Source: the human T2T-CHM13v2.0 reference genome, Homo sapiens. From it: a stretch of 64,000 bases of DNA. The position numbers and the translations under genes were made by a program. Below are positions 13,513 through 26,019 of the stretch, piece after piece. Position 1 is the stretch's first letter; each line of letters begins with the position of its first letter. Location: NCBI RefSeq assembly GCF_009914755.1, contig NC_060928.1; one strand, 5' to 3'. The notes below the pieces were generated by a model, which ran no database searches, was not told the DNA's origin, and was given only the letters and a program-made list of their open reading frames with translations.

Positions 13513-14054
13513 CAGAGGAGACACCATTATGGCCGCCCACACAATGAGGCGATTGTGCACAGCAGCCCCTCTGAGCCCAGAAACATGGCGCAGGCCTGAT
13601 TTTCATGAATAATCAGACTCCTGGCCAGGACCGCAGCAGGCAGCACCCTGAGCTCTGCCGGCCGGCCGGGTGCGTTGCTACTGGGCTTTGTCCAGGGATG
13701 AAGAGCCCCTGGCTTGGTGCCCTGTTCCTCGGCAATAGGGTGGGGAGATGGGGCCGGCAGTGGAGCCTGGCCGTTGGCTCGAGCCGCCCAGCCCTGGGAG
13801 CAGCCGAGAGGGGCCAGAGCCCTTGCCCAGGGTCCGTGGATGGGAAGCGCTGGTGGGGGCTGGACTCCAGCCTCACGTCCATGTCCTCTGGCCCTGTGCC
13901 TGGGAACCCTGGAGGGCAGCCCTACTGTAGGCACCCATAGGGTTACTGGTGTGAACGGGACGGCACTCTCAGCCTTATTGTTGCCACCATGTGGGGTGGG
14001 GACATGCCCAGCATTGGATATGGCACCCACCATTTGAGGTGTGGCCTCCTGGGA

Positions 14055-14165
14055 CGGAGCCTTGGTTTCCTCACCTGTCCAATGGGCATTCCCACACCTC
14101 TCCCACCTGGGATTGGCCAGGCTGATGGAGCAGCATGCCCAGCACACAGTAGGTGATCAGTGTGG
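14055..14165 (+). mobile_element. MIR fragment
   Basis: gagccttggtttcctcacctgtccaatggg...cagcacacagtaggtgatca. Confidence 0.65.
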
Positions 14166-17100
14166 AGAACGCCAGGACGGCTGCTTTCCCATGGCTGGGG
14201 CTAATGGAGAAGCCTGTTGCAGGGGCTTCCCTGAGGTTGACATGTCAGAGCCAGGAGTCGTGGAGCAGAGCCCTGTGGGAGCTGCGTCATGGCTGCGTGT
14301 GTGGCTGGGGGTCCGTGCTGGGGGCCACAGGGAGAAATGCGATGCAGAGTGTTGGAACCCAGCACCTGCCAGCCTGCCTGGCCTCTTCCTCTTGGCTGCA
14401 GTGACACCTGCTGGTCGCCCCATGCTGACCTTGTTTCTGTGGCTCCTTGGGGTGCTCCCTCTGGGGTGCCCCCATCTTCCTGGACACCCATGAAAACACC
14501 CGGAACCCCTGCCCCTGCCCTCACAGCCTCCGGGAGCTGGAAGTCTCTTTTCCCCGGAGCAAGCACTGTGTACCCTGATTTTCTCTCTGGCCTCAGTGGT
14601 GAGCTCGTGTTAGCGGGCAGGCTCATGCCTCAGCGAGGTTTTAGGAGCCGAGGTTGGGCTTGCTGGCAGGAAGCTCTGCCTCCTCTCCGTAGACCCTGAG
14701 GTGGGACTCCTGGGGACAACCCAAATCACGGGCAGGGTGGCAGAGACAGAGAGGGTTGGGGCCCTCTGCGGGACTCCACCTCTCCTCTCCCCACCCACCC
14801 CACCAAGGACTCAGGGTTCAGCCCTGGTTGAGGCCACTCGCTCCTGCGAGGCACCGATGGAGGGGTGGCTACAAGCATGGACCTTGGGCAGCTAACCTCA
14901 TTGCTCCAAGCCCCAGTTTTCCTCTCCATCATTTGGGAATCGGAGTAGCCCCAGCCACTGAGAAGTGCGGGGAGGGGTGAACAAGTTAATATTCACTAAC
15001 ACGGGGCCAGCACCGGGCCTGTTCTTTGCAGGTCAGCAGAGAAGACATCAGACTCTTTCCGGAGAGGTGACCCCCCAACACACATACACACACTGCGTGG
15101 CTTCCCTCTATCGCTCGGTAGTCCTTGGCTCTCGGGGACAGAAGAGGCATGGGTGCCTCGACTCCCCAGCCCCCTCTGGCCAAGGTCCGCGTGCCCGGCC
15201 TGGTGTCCGAGGTGCCCAGGCCAGCTTCGTGCTCCTTCCCCCTCCCCAGACACCAGCATCTTCCGGCCTCTGGGGATTTGAACTTGCAGCCGAACACCTG
15301 GGACAGCCATGCCCCCTGTCTTCTGTCTCAAGACTCAGTTGACCTCTCTCCTCAGAGTGCCTGGGGGGGGTCCTCCCCACCTCCCCTGGATGCCCATGGG
15401 TTCCCTCTCTGGGCATCTCCTCTGCATTAGGTGGAGGGGGCTGGGATTCCTCAGTATGCCCCCTTCCCTTCCTGGAGGCCAGAGGCCCTGTCTGAGTCAC
15501 CCCGGCACTCCCAGCTCGGGGTTCCACACCGTGCTCAGAGCCTGAGGGAGGAATCGGTGAATGAGCCCCCAGAGTCGGTGGGGCTGGAGGGAAGAGCCAC
15601 GCCCCCTTCTGCCTCTGCCTGTCCTCAGTCTGCAGCCCTGTCCCCTGCATGAATACCACTTTTGTGCTTTTTCTGCAGGCCCCCGCCCCTCCCCCACCCC
15701 CACCCCAGGGATCTTGCTGGGTGGGGGATCGGAAGAGCTCTGGGGGTTGGGAAGCTGCCTCTGCTCCTTCTGTCCAGACAGCCTGGGCCCTGGCCATGCC
15801 CTGCCCCCTGCTGAGTCTCCCTGGGTGAACGTGGGGCAGAGAGGGCTGTGCTCAGTGACTGTAAGCTCCCTTCCTGTCCCCGAGTTCAAGGGCTCCTGTT
15901 CCTAGATCCTCGTCTGAAGTTTCTATAAAATGAGAACCGTGCTCTATGGTTCCCAACCTGAGACGAAAGAGCTGCCGTGTAGAAGGGACTTAGACGTGTC
16001 TCATGCAACTCCAGGAGCAAGGCTGGCTCACACTCAGGCTGGCCTCAGGCAGCACTTTTGGGCCAGTGGTGCTGCCTGGGGTCATGGCACTGCCTGGAGC
16101 CCAGGTGTCTGGGGCTTTGTGCTGGCCCCACCGTCCAGAGGGCCCAGCCCTGTCTGTCCTCTGGCTGTGACTCTCTGCAAGGGCCAGAGAATCTGTGGAG
16201 CCGAGACTGAGCCCCCTGGGGCTGGTATCCGCCTTGCAGGCCACATCTGGATACCCAGGACCCTGTAGTTCTGTGCCCTGCTGGCCTGAGCTTGTTTCTA
16301 GGGCCTGAGCCACCTCTTCCCCAGGTCCGTCCTCCCAGAGTGGGCTGCACAGCCAGTGTGTGCACTTGGAGTCCCAGGGGTGGGCCAAGGAGGCGACGGG
16401 GCTGGGGACAGAGGGGAACAGAGCGTGGCCTTGGAGGCTGTGTGCACCGCAGGCATGCAAGACCCCCTGGGGTCCAGGACATGACCATGGTGAGAAGAGA
16501 AAGGGGCAGTTTGGGGACATCCGTTTGTACTCTCCAGGGCTCTGCACATATGAGGGCAAGGCACCCCAGCAGGGGTGAGTGAGGAAGGGTTGGGGTATAG
16601 GAAAGGGAGTATGGGAAGTTGGAGGTGGGCCTTGTCTTTCCTGGGGTCTTAGTTTGGTTTCTGGAGTAATTTCAGAGGCCAGGATGCCCTGACATACAAG
16701 CAACAGTGCAGACTTTTCTGGAGAGGGTGCCGGGAGCTTCCTTTGGCCTCTGATCGGTCAGCGACCCAGGCAAGGGTAGAACTACTGACCAGGGTGCCCC
16801 AGCAGCTTCAGAGCAGGCTTCTTTGTGGACAGCATGTTTCTTGGAGCCACTGGCGGCTGTGAAGGACCCAGGTTTCTGCCGCTCCCACGGTGACGGGAGA
16901 GGGCTGCCTGTCTGATTTCCAGCTTCTGCAGCAGCCATGCCGCTGGTGTCATGGAGGAGGAGGAAGCCAGCACTCCCGCCGTAGTATAGGGAGCGGGGCT
17001 CATGTCCATGCTAACCAAAGACCTGAGCAAACATTTGTGAGCCTGAGGTCCCCGGGCCTAGCTGTGCCCAGGCCGGGTGCTGGGCCCCTGTTCTGCAAAC

Positions 17101-18794
17101 ATCCCTGGGATCCTCATGCTGCATCCGGTGCCCCACTGCAGAGCCTGGCGGAATCAGCCCGCAAGCCCGCCTCCATTCAAACAAGTGTTTGTCCTCTTCT
17201 GGGACAAGGCCGGTGGGAAGATAATTAAAAGTGACCCAGCATCGCAGAGTTGTGCAAATTGCAGGATTAGTGGGGCATTAGCGGGAGGCCTCACAAAAGG
17301 GCCGTTCTGGCCCCGCCACCCCCTCTTGGGTCCCCCAGCTCCCCCAGCTGGGCACATAAAGCCGGGGGTTGGTGGTGAGACAGGCTGGGGGAGGAAAGTA
17401 GGAGGAATTAGCGTGAGGTGGGATGAATAGGGATGCTTTGCAGTCAGGGCGGCCTGTCCGGGGCTGGGGGTGGGCCCCCTGGCAGCCGGAGCCAGGCGAG
17501 GTGGGGGCCGAGGCTGTGAGCGGGTGTGGAATGCGTCTGAGTGGATGGCGGGCTGTGCCCTAATGAGAAATTGGTGCTGCCAATCAGGCATGGCCCACTG
17601 AGCAGGAGCCCAGGTCCCTGGATCCCAATCCGCTCTCCGCCGCTTGTCTTCCCCTCAGATGGCTCTGCTCCTCAGCGGTGCTAAGTTCCTTTCTGTATGG
17701 ATCGCATGGCCTCGGATACATCTCTCGGGGACCATCTGGCCTGGAACATCAAAGAACAGCTGGAGATATCTTCTTTCCCCTTCCTTTTAAAAAACAAAGC
17801 GAAAGCACCCACACCTCTAGGAAGCGAGAGCGTGTTACATCCTGGGGCATTTTCTACTTGGTTGGTTTCTGTTGTCCTTTCTTCTTAAAGCTGTATGGGA
17901 AGGGAGCACGTCTCATCCCTGAAAGGCTGTGCTCACCCTAATTGTCCTATTATCTGAAAACAAGGGAGATGGGGAAGCCGTGGTCCAGGCCTGTGTCTTC
18001 CTCCAACTTCCCATCCCATTTTCCTGGGGCCCGCTGCCTGCGGGGCGTTTCTGCTTCCTGGGACTTCAAGCTCTGCAACGGACCCCTGAGCTCTCTGTGT
18101 TCCCATCTTACCGTCCAGCCAGGCATGTAGGCAGGAAAGCTGGCGTTGGCCTCCGCTTGTCCTTCTCCCAGAGCCCGCTGGACACTGCACCCTGCTCCAA
18201 CTGCGGCTGCCTTCTGAGCTGAGGCAGCCAAATTCTAGCCCCTGCTGAGCTGTGACAGGCAGGAGTCAGGGCTTGGTCAAAGCTGCTCTTTGTCTTTGGG
18301 GGTTGATAAGAAAACTAAAGCCTGGCAGAATCAGGACGAGAGAGGATGGCGCGCCCTCCGCCTGCTGAGGACCGGGAGGTGGAACAGGCATCGTCCCACC
18401 CTTCGTAGCTACTGATAAGTGGGAGATGCAGGAGCCGAGCTGGGTTCTTGCACTGAGGGTGCAACGAAGGCACAGTCACTGCCAGGAGAGCTTCCTGGAG
18501 GAGGTGGCCCAGGAGTGAGAGGTCTGGAGGGAGGAGTGAGGGTCTAATCCCGGGGATGGGGTGGGAAGTACTCTGGGCAGAAAAGCGGGCGGAGGGTGGG
18601 GGGTACTTTTCTGGGAACCCAGCAGAGTCCAGGGCAGAGAGAAAAAGCGAAGGACTTCCGTGAACTCACCGTGCAGTGATGCAGAGAGGTGTTCTTTGCC
18701 TCTCTAGCTTCTGCACCACTCTCACCAAGCCCTGCTGAGCCTCTCCTGTGAAGAGAGGCACCCCTGCCTCTGCTTTCAGTGATGAAGCGGTGGC

Positions 18795-18950
18795 ATGAGT
18801 CCCCGCCACCACGGCACTATTGTAAGCAACGTGCACGCGTTGACACAGTAGGTTCTCACGGCGACCTTTGGAGTAGGTACTGTCATTATGCCCATTTGAC
18901 AGATGAGGACACTGGGGCAGAGAGTGGAGAAAGAACTTGCCAGTCTGTGA
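18795..18950 (-). mobile_element. MIR
   Basis: gtaggtactgtcattatgcccatttgacagatgaggacactggggcagagag. Confidence 0.8.
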
Positions 18951-19469
18951 ATTCCCCTGGTCCAGCATCCATGCCCTTCAACCACCGCAGGCAATGCTGC
19001 CATAGCCTGAGGCTACCCTCCCGTGACCCTGGTCCCGCTGGCCTTCCTCATCTCCAGGCCTTGCTTGATTTCTGTCTGCAGCCAGCCTTGACCTGGCATG
19101 GGGACCTGAGCCAGTCCTGTGGAAGAGCCCTGTTTGAGAGCCATCTGTGTCTGGCCACTCGGCCTCTCAGGGTCCTGTTGCATGTCCCGGCTGTCTCCTT
19201 CCTGCCTCCGTGCCTGGGCAGCTCCCTCTGCAGACACCCTTCTCGTGCCTTCCTGCCTCTTCTGTGTGGCCCAGCTGTCTGTGAGGTGCTCAGTCTAAGG
19301 TCAAGCCTCAGTCTTCCAGAGCTGGTTTAGCAGCATCTCCGTGGGCCCCATCTTCTCCTTGTTTCCTCGGCCCAGCCCTGGCGGGACTGTGTCCTTCTGT
19401 CCCTGCTTAGGCCTTTCTGGCTGCCTCTGGATCCCACAGCACAGCCCCGATCTTGGCAGTCGCTTTTCC

Positions 19470-19610
19470 TCCACTCATTTCCTTCCTTCATTCTGCCAGG
19501 GTTTGCTTAGCACCACCTATGTGCCAGTCACTGTGCTAGACGTTGAAGACACAGCAGCTATCGAAACAGAAACACTGCCACTCTCATGGAGCCACAGCCT
19601 GGTGGGGGAG
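19470..19610 (-). mobile_element. L2 3' end
   Basis: agcaccacctatgtgccagtcactgtgctagacgttgaagacacagcag. Confidence 0.75.
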
Positions 19611-20359
19611 CTGCCGAGGAGGTGCTGAAGCCCACCCACCCTCAGCACAGGCCCAGGGAGGGACGAGGGTGGCCAGGGCACCTGTGTGCTCAAATGAATG
19701 AGTGAAGGAATGATCTCGGATCAATATCACACAAAGTTCTCAGCAGCTGTCTTTATGCACCAGAGAACTCAGTCCAGCGCTCAGGCGCTAGGCTGACCCC
19801 TGAGTATGGGCCCACATTGGCTGGGAGCACGGCAGGCAGAGCACCCCCGACCCTTCTCCCCACGGGGCAGAGGCCTAGGTTGGCGCCTGCTGCCAGCTGG
19901 AAGCCGGGCGGCCCAAACCCTCTGTGTTCCTCAGCAACCCAGACTGAGTGTCGTGAATCTTTGTGGCCCCAGCAGAAAATGCATTTCCTGAAACTACCAA
20001 AATGAGGTGAAGATGGGCAATTGCTCTCCTTTTTCCATGAGCTGCGCTGGCCTCCCAAATGATGTCGCTCTGCATGTTTCTGGATTACATTCTCCTGAGC
20101 TGGAAGGACGGGGTTAACACTTAGGTTCCGTTCTCCTGCAGGGCTCTTTCTTGGATAAATCCAATATTCAGAGAAACACATCAGTGCCATGGCGCCTCTC
20201 CTTCCCTTCCAGCTCTTGCTGCACTCCTACATCCTCTATAAAAATCACTGTCCCCTACAGTGGCCTCTGTGTCCCGCCGGGACGCACAGGCAGCATCCCA
20301 CCTGGTTGGGCAGTGGGTGGGTAGGCCAAAGTGTCCGTACCTGCATCCCGGCTTGCCGG

Positions 20360-21043
20360 TCTTAGCACTTGATGACACGACATTTTATTTTGCTCACTAG
20401 TTCTTGTCTCTGGTCTCATCCGTGATACCTGAGCTCCTGGTCTGATGGTGAGATCCTCACAGGCAGGCACCATCTTGTATCTCTAATATTTGTGTGGTGG
20501 GCGTTTGCAGGGATGCCAGGTGCAGACAGGAGTCAGACGCAGTGCCTGCCCGCAAGTAGCTTGCACGTTGCTGGAGAAATGACAGGTAAGTGACTAGTGG
20601 CTGTGCAGTGGTTCCCATCTCACTCAGAAGAAAAGCCAAGGTCACGACCGGATCCTCCATGCTGGTCCATGGCTGTGGGCACACTCCTGCCTCGGGGCCT
20701 TTGTACTTGCCACTTCGTCTGCCCAGAACGCCCTCCCTGCAGCCAGATGTCTGCCTGGCTCTCTGCCCCTCCTTCGGGAGCTGCACGGTCCCCACTTTCC
20801 AGTGAGGTCTCCCTGACCACCTTATTTAAAACTGCAACCCAGGGCCCTCCCTGTAGGCCCTGTGCCCTGACTTGGACCTGTTTTTCTCCATGGCAGTGAC
20901 CACAGTTGGACTTAACCATGTAATTTCCCATTTATTTTGTCTCTCATCTGTCTTCTCAGTAAAGCTAAGCTCATTTTGTCCGTTTGTTCACTGCTGTGCC
21001 CCCAGCTTTGAGAGCAGTGTCCGGCATCTAGTAGACAGTCCAC

Positions 21044-21045
<2 letters not shown>
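20360..21045 (+). mobile_element. Two adjacent L2 3' fragments
   Basis: cagtggttcccatctcactcagaagaaaagcc...ctcctgcctcggggcctttgtacttgc...ccctgaccaccttatttaaaactgca...tttgttcactgctgtgcccccag. Confidence 0.8.
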
Positions 21046-21046
<1 letters not shown>

Positions 21047-21080
<34 letters not shown>

Positions 21081-21090
21081 TGTGTGTGTG
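21047..21090. repeat. (TG)15(CG)2(TG)5 microsatellite
   Basis: Read directly from the sequence. Confidence 0.97.
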
Positions 21091-21149
21091 TTTGTAGGAG
21101 TGTTCTCCTATACCTTTTTACACACAAGGGTATTGTATAGCATTTTATG

Positions 21150-21830
21150 GTATCAATAAACAAGAATATCATCTAATTAGCACCTCAAAGTTCCCCTGAT
21201 CACACATTCATAATTGAGGTTTGTGTGCCCCTAGCTGCGTGGGGGCCGCAGCCAAGCGGCGATTTCACCTCCAAGCCTCCGTGGAGGGTCTCTGCGCCCC
21301 TGGGGTGCTGTGTGCACAGTGGAATGTTAATGCGGCCAGTGCTCTGGGCCACTCCTCCATGCGCTCAAAACAGAGCTCAGACGAGGTAATAAAAAGCAAA
21401 CCTAATTTGATTTTTCAAAATTAGTGCGCCCAGAGGACCTTTTTAAAAAGAAGCCGGCATGGGGTCAGCCGAGAGACAGCCATAGTGTGGGAAGTAAACT
21501 CCCGAGGGAAACCCAATATCTAAACCACTGAGGCGTTTCTGGCTTCATTAAGTAAAGGATGGCAACTTTTTAATTGTGTCAGGAACTCAGCTTTCAAGGA
21601 GTTATTAATGGATGCTCTCTGCTGGTGACGATGACAATGAATGTTTTTTATGCATTTCCAGTCCTCCCTTTTCTAAAAAGAAACCCGTCTCATCCCTTTT
21701 TGCTGTTTCATAATTCCTCTATGCCCCTTTTTAGTTCTTGAGATGCATTAAGTATGAACTGACTTCATTTGAGATGCAATCAAATTCTCCAGGTCAACTC
21801 TGGTTCTTTCTTTCAGTGTTTTTATCTACG
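21150..21830. promoter_or_regulatory. Candidate non-coding enhancer (AT-rich, TAAT-dense)
   Basis: No recognisable repeat; many TAAT/ATTA cores incl. ctaattag, cataattg, gtaataaaa, taatttgattt, ttattaat. Function is inferred. Confidence 0.5.
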
Positions 21831-22239
21831 CTTGAGTGACGTAGGGCTTAAAGGAAGAGTGAATTTCGGCGTTTGGTGATGGTCTTGGCACCCTGCAAAC
21901 CATTCTGGGAGCTGAGGTGTATGGTGCTGAGTGTCAGGGTATCTGTTGAGTTGGCGAGCTGCCCACCAGCCTGCTCCCCATTTCTGGGGTCTCAAACAGT
22001 GGGTGCTCAGTCATCACTTGCTGAATTGTGGGTGAAGGAAAACACCTTCTAAGGCCAAGTCAGAGCGCAGGACGCAGACCTCGGCGCGTCTCTGTCCGGC
22101 TGCCACAGAGCTCACCGTCCAGGCAGGAGAGAGCGATGTTCCCTGTGGACCTGTCCTGAGAGTGTGGGGAGAGAAAGGATGGCAGGGGCCGGAGGGGCCA
22201 AGGGGTCACCACGGCTGTGTGCCTGTTTACCAGGCCCTG

Positions 22240-22520
22240 CACATGTGTGATTTTGTGGGATCCTCCTAAGAACTGTGAGAAGCAGGTGCTATTGTCAGCC
22301 TCAATTTACACATGGAAACCCGATGTGGAGTTTCTTTTCCACACCTTCATGTCATTCATTTATTTAACCAATGCTTGTTGATGCCTATATGTGCCAGGCA
22401 TGTGTGGTCCCCACGCTGGAGATAACAGCAAAGAGCAAAAGACCAAACCCTGAGTCTTCGCTCTTTCCTTCTGGCCTTATGTTCTTGCCTGGGGGTCGGG
22501 GAGACAGACACAAACCCAGA
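22240..22520 (-). mobile_element. MIR fragment followed by L2 3' end
   Basis: aatttacacatggaaacc; tcattcatttatttaaccaatgcttgttgatgcctatatgtgccaggca. Confidence 0.7.
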
Positions 22521-23318
22521 GACGATGAGGAATAACAAACAGCTCGACAGACATGGGTCTGTCAGGCTCAAAACCCCCTTTTTCATTAGCGACGGGGGCA
22601 GGTGATGGTTGGTGCTCCCTCTGTCTGTCCTTCTGCCCTTCCCTCCCTCTTTCCTGCCTCCTTCCCCCCTTTTATGCATCATCCACAAGCATCTATTTAG
22701 CATCTCTTTTGCAGGAGAACTGATGGAGAAGAGGCGGATGCGGGTGGGTCGGCGGCCCTCCTGCCTCCCGTCCATCCAATGTGTTTGTTGAACAAATGTG
22801 CATTGAGCCTGGGCTCCCTGATATCCTCTGGGCCTGTGAGAGCCAGGTAGCGTTCATGAGCCTCATCAGTGCTCAGTAAACCTGTGTCCCTTCTTAGCCC
22901 TCGATTCTTCCTCTCAGAGCTGCACCTTGAGCTGAGTGGAGGGAGCAGAAGCCGTGGAGGCGAACAGGCCTGAGCTCCTGGTGGGCGGCTCAGCTGGACA
23001 AGAGCTTGGAGGCTGGCAGAGACCTGGTCTGTGCAGAGCTTGGTGGGGGGCCTCAGCCCTGTAGCAAAGGGCTCCAGCTGCAGAATCAAGCCCCATTCAT
23101 TGCTTCCTGCTCCCTCTTCTCCTTCCTAAGAAGAAACTCACAGTGAAGTCAGAGCATTTCCAATGTTTGGGGCTGGGTTGTCCTGTGGGCAACGCCACTG
23201 AGGCTTCATGCTGGAGGCATCCCGGTTCCTGCTCGTGAGGGCTTCTGGCGGGGTGACACCACCCTTGCTGTCGGCTCCAGAGTCGTTCCTTACTCAGGCC
23301 GACATTCTGGCTCTTCTT

Positions 23319-23614
23319 CTTTTTTTTTTCTTTTGAGACAGAGTCTGGCTCTTTTGCCCAGGCTGGAGTGCAGTGAGTGATCTCAGCTCACTGCAAGCTC
23401 TGCCTCCCGGGTTCGTGCCATTCTCCTGCCTCAGCCTCCCGAGTAGCTGGGACTGCAGGCGCCTGCCACCGCGCCCGGCTAATTTTTTGTATTTTTAGTA
23501 GAGATGGGGTTTCACCGTGTTAGCCAGGATGGTCTCGATCTGCTGACCTCGTGATCTGCCCGCCTCGGCCTCCCAAAGTGCTGGGATCACAGGCGTGAGC
23601 CACCACGCACGGCC
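23319..23614 (-). mobile_element. AluY with 16-bp TSD
   Basis: tgcaagctc, gccattctcc, accgtgttagccaggatggtctcgatc; TSD cattctggctcttctt at 23303-23318 and 23615-23630. Confidence 0.97.
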
Positions 23615-25732
23615 CATTCTGGCTCTTCTTGTCCCATTTCTACTTTAGTTTTTTTTTTTTTTTTTCTTGGAACACTATTTCTATGGAATACAATCCTGAG
23701 AAGGAGGGGTGCCCGGCCAGTGCTAAAAGTGGAGACATGGCGTGGCCCTCACCCATCCTCCCACATGGCGCTCAGCTCCCCTCTCCGTCGTCTGCTTCTT
23801 GCAGTGGCATAGCAGGTGGTGGACTAGGTTGGGGGATGCATTTATCAGGGAGAACGCTCATGGCTCTAAGGCCCCCCCAGCATCTCAGGGGCTTAGTGTG
23901 AGAGAAGCTGTTTTTGCTCATATGAATGGTCACAACTGGGGTTCAACTGGTGGCTTCCAAGGTGGTCCAATACCCTGGGCTCCGTCCACTCCCAGGTCTA
24001 GGGAGACCTTCTCGATGCCGCTTGGTGGAAGTGGAAGGGAGGGGTATGCAGAATCATTTGGAGGTGTCCCTGGGCTGGGCCCGGGCACGCCCATACTCTG
24101 CTGCTCAGAGCACAGTCCCCTCCCCGATCATCCCCCCAGATGCTGCCTCTGGCAACTCACTACATCCTCCAGTTCACTGGACAAACACTTATGGGTGCAA
24201 ACACGGAGGGGTGAGGCTGGGGGCTATGCTGCTGAAACACAGTGAGGCAGAAGATCCTGTGTGCCTTGAGCAGGATGGCTGAGGAGGAGGACACATGTGG
24301 TGTCCCCCTGCCTGCAGTCACTCCCTTCCTCGACACACTCTTGGGCTTGCTGTGAGCTGGGGAGAGGCTAGTGGCAGGGTCCCGGTGCTCTGTTCCACCC
24401 TGTCCCTGTCCCACGCTCCCTGAAAATGAGTATCCCCAGACAGCTGCATGTGGGCTTGGGAGCAGGTGCAGCGGTGGGCACTGGGGGCACAGACACCTAA
24501 GCCCGGGCTCCCCTCCAGAGCCCACAGTCGGCTGGCTGGCTCAGGGCACTGTGCTGGGGCAGTGGGCTCCGGGGTAGGCTTGTTGATGGTCCGAGGGTGG
24601 AGGGGGAGGGCGGCATCTGGAAGGAAGTCCAGAGTTCTGGCTTCTGGTGGGGGTGGGTGTGTAGCAGGATCAGGTCTGAAGGAGCCAGAACAGAGGAAGG
24701 GGATCAGAGAGGATGAGGGTGGCGGTGGCCCTGCTGTGTCTGAGGGTTTGCGGTGTGGCTGCTGCATTTTGTTCTGAGGATGGCTGTTGGAGCAGAGGGA
24801 GTTCAGAACAGAGGGGCTGGGTTGGGGAGTGTAAACTGTTGTCTAAGCGACACTCTAAGGAATATGGCTCTCAGGCCACAGAAGGGCGGTTCCCGTGGGG
24901 CTAGGCATGCCTGGGAATCGCCTTCAGTTCCCAAAGCTGGTCCTGGGGAAGGAGGGTGGGAAGTGCTCTGTGCTCTCCAGTTGCTGTCCAGAGGCTGGCA
25001 GGGGATCATTCCTGTGGACGGATCTCCATGCAGTGCACCGTGCAGAGTCGCCTGGAGGCTGGAGTGTGGCCCCGTCCCTGGAGGGGTGCAGGCACAAGTG
25101 GCAAGCAACACATGCTGCTTTTGGGGTCAGTGGGATGGCAGGCAGGCAGCATTGTGGGCGACCCCCTAAAATGGGGCTGGAGGGCTGGACTGGGTGACAT
25201 TTCCATGCAGAGCACCTAGAATTAGTTATTTGACAAAGAAGGCTCTCCCCTGCCGTGTGTCCCGGAGCTGATTCGGTGCCTGGGAGAGTCTGCAAGTCCA
25301 CAGTGTGCAGCTCCCCAGGTTTCTCCAGACATCCAGTTCTCAAGGGGTCCTGCTGTGATTGGGAGAAACCAAGGCTGGGGAGAGACTAAAAGCTTCTGTG
25401 CCTGGATTAGAAGCCTGTGCTGGACAACCCTGAAGGCGACGCCAGCCTCATCGGCCCTCACATTCTCTTCCCCTCTCCTCTCCCCAGGCGACGTTCAGAG
25501 CCAGATAAAGGCACTGCTGTGCCCGGGAGGGATCGTTCACGGGTCCTGGGAGGGGATTCTGGAAGATTCCATGCATGACTCTCCTCTCCTTCACTTCTGA
25601 GCCACCTGGAAGTTCCTTTCGTAAATGATTCTTCCAGAAAAGAAGAAAAGCAGCCCCTTGGATGTGTACAGAGTCCTGTCCCTTTTCCTACCATTGCTGT
25701 GGTCCATCCAGGCCAGGGTCCACAGGGGAGGC

Positions 25733-25790
25733 TGTCCCTCATTTTACAGATGGGGAAACAGAGGCTCAGAGAGGAGGAGCAAATGCCTGC
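25733..25790 (-). mobile_element. MIR core fragment
   Basis: cctcattttacagatggggaaacagaggctcagagagg. Confidence 0.8.
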
Positions 25791-26019
25791 CCTGGCCGCT
25801 TGGGGGTGGGGAAGGGCAGCAGAGCCAGGCTGGGGCAGGTCAGGGCTCCGCCGCCATGCCTGTCGAGCTTGGCAGCAATTCCTTCCTTTTGGATTGAGGT
25901 CATCATTTCTGGCATTTGCCATCAGAGGGAAGCGGCTGAGGGTGGGTGCTGACAACTGTTCTGTAAGCACTGAGGGAGAACAGGGCTTCAATGGGGTCCA
26001 CAGGGGCAGACTGAGAAGC

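Noticed and set aside
12592-13599. 335-aa and 304-aa Pro/Ser/Leu-rich ORFs
   Set aside because: Open only because the C/T tract cannot encode stops; several frames are open simultaneously.
15655-15866. Strong acceptor ctttttctgcag ending 15678
   Set aside because: Only weak donors downstream; lone acceptors are common.
17040-17720. CpG island or alternative promoter
   Set aside because: CpG density looks only modestly raised and I cannot compute obs/exp; kept only as an enhancer candidate.
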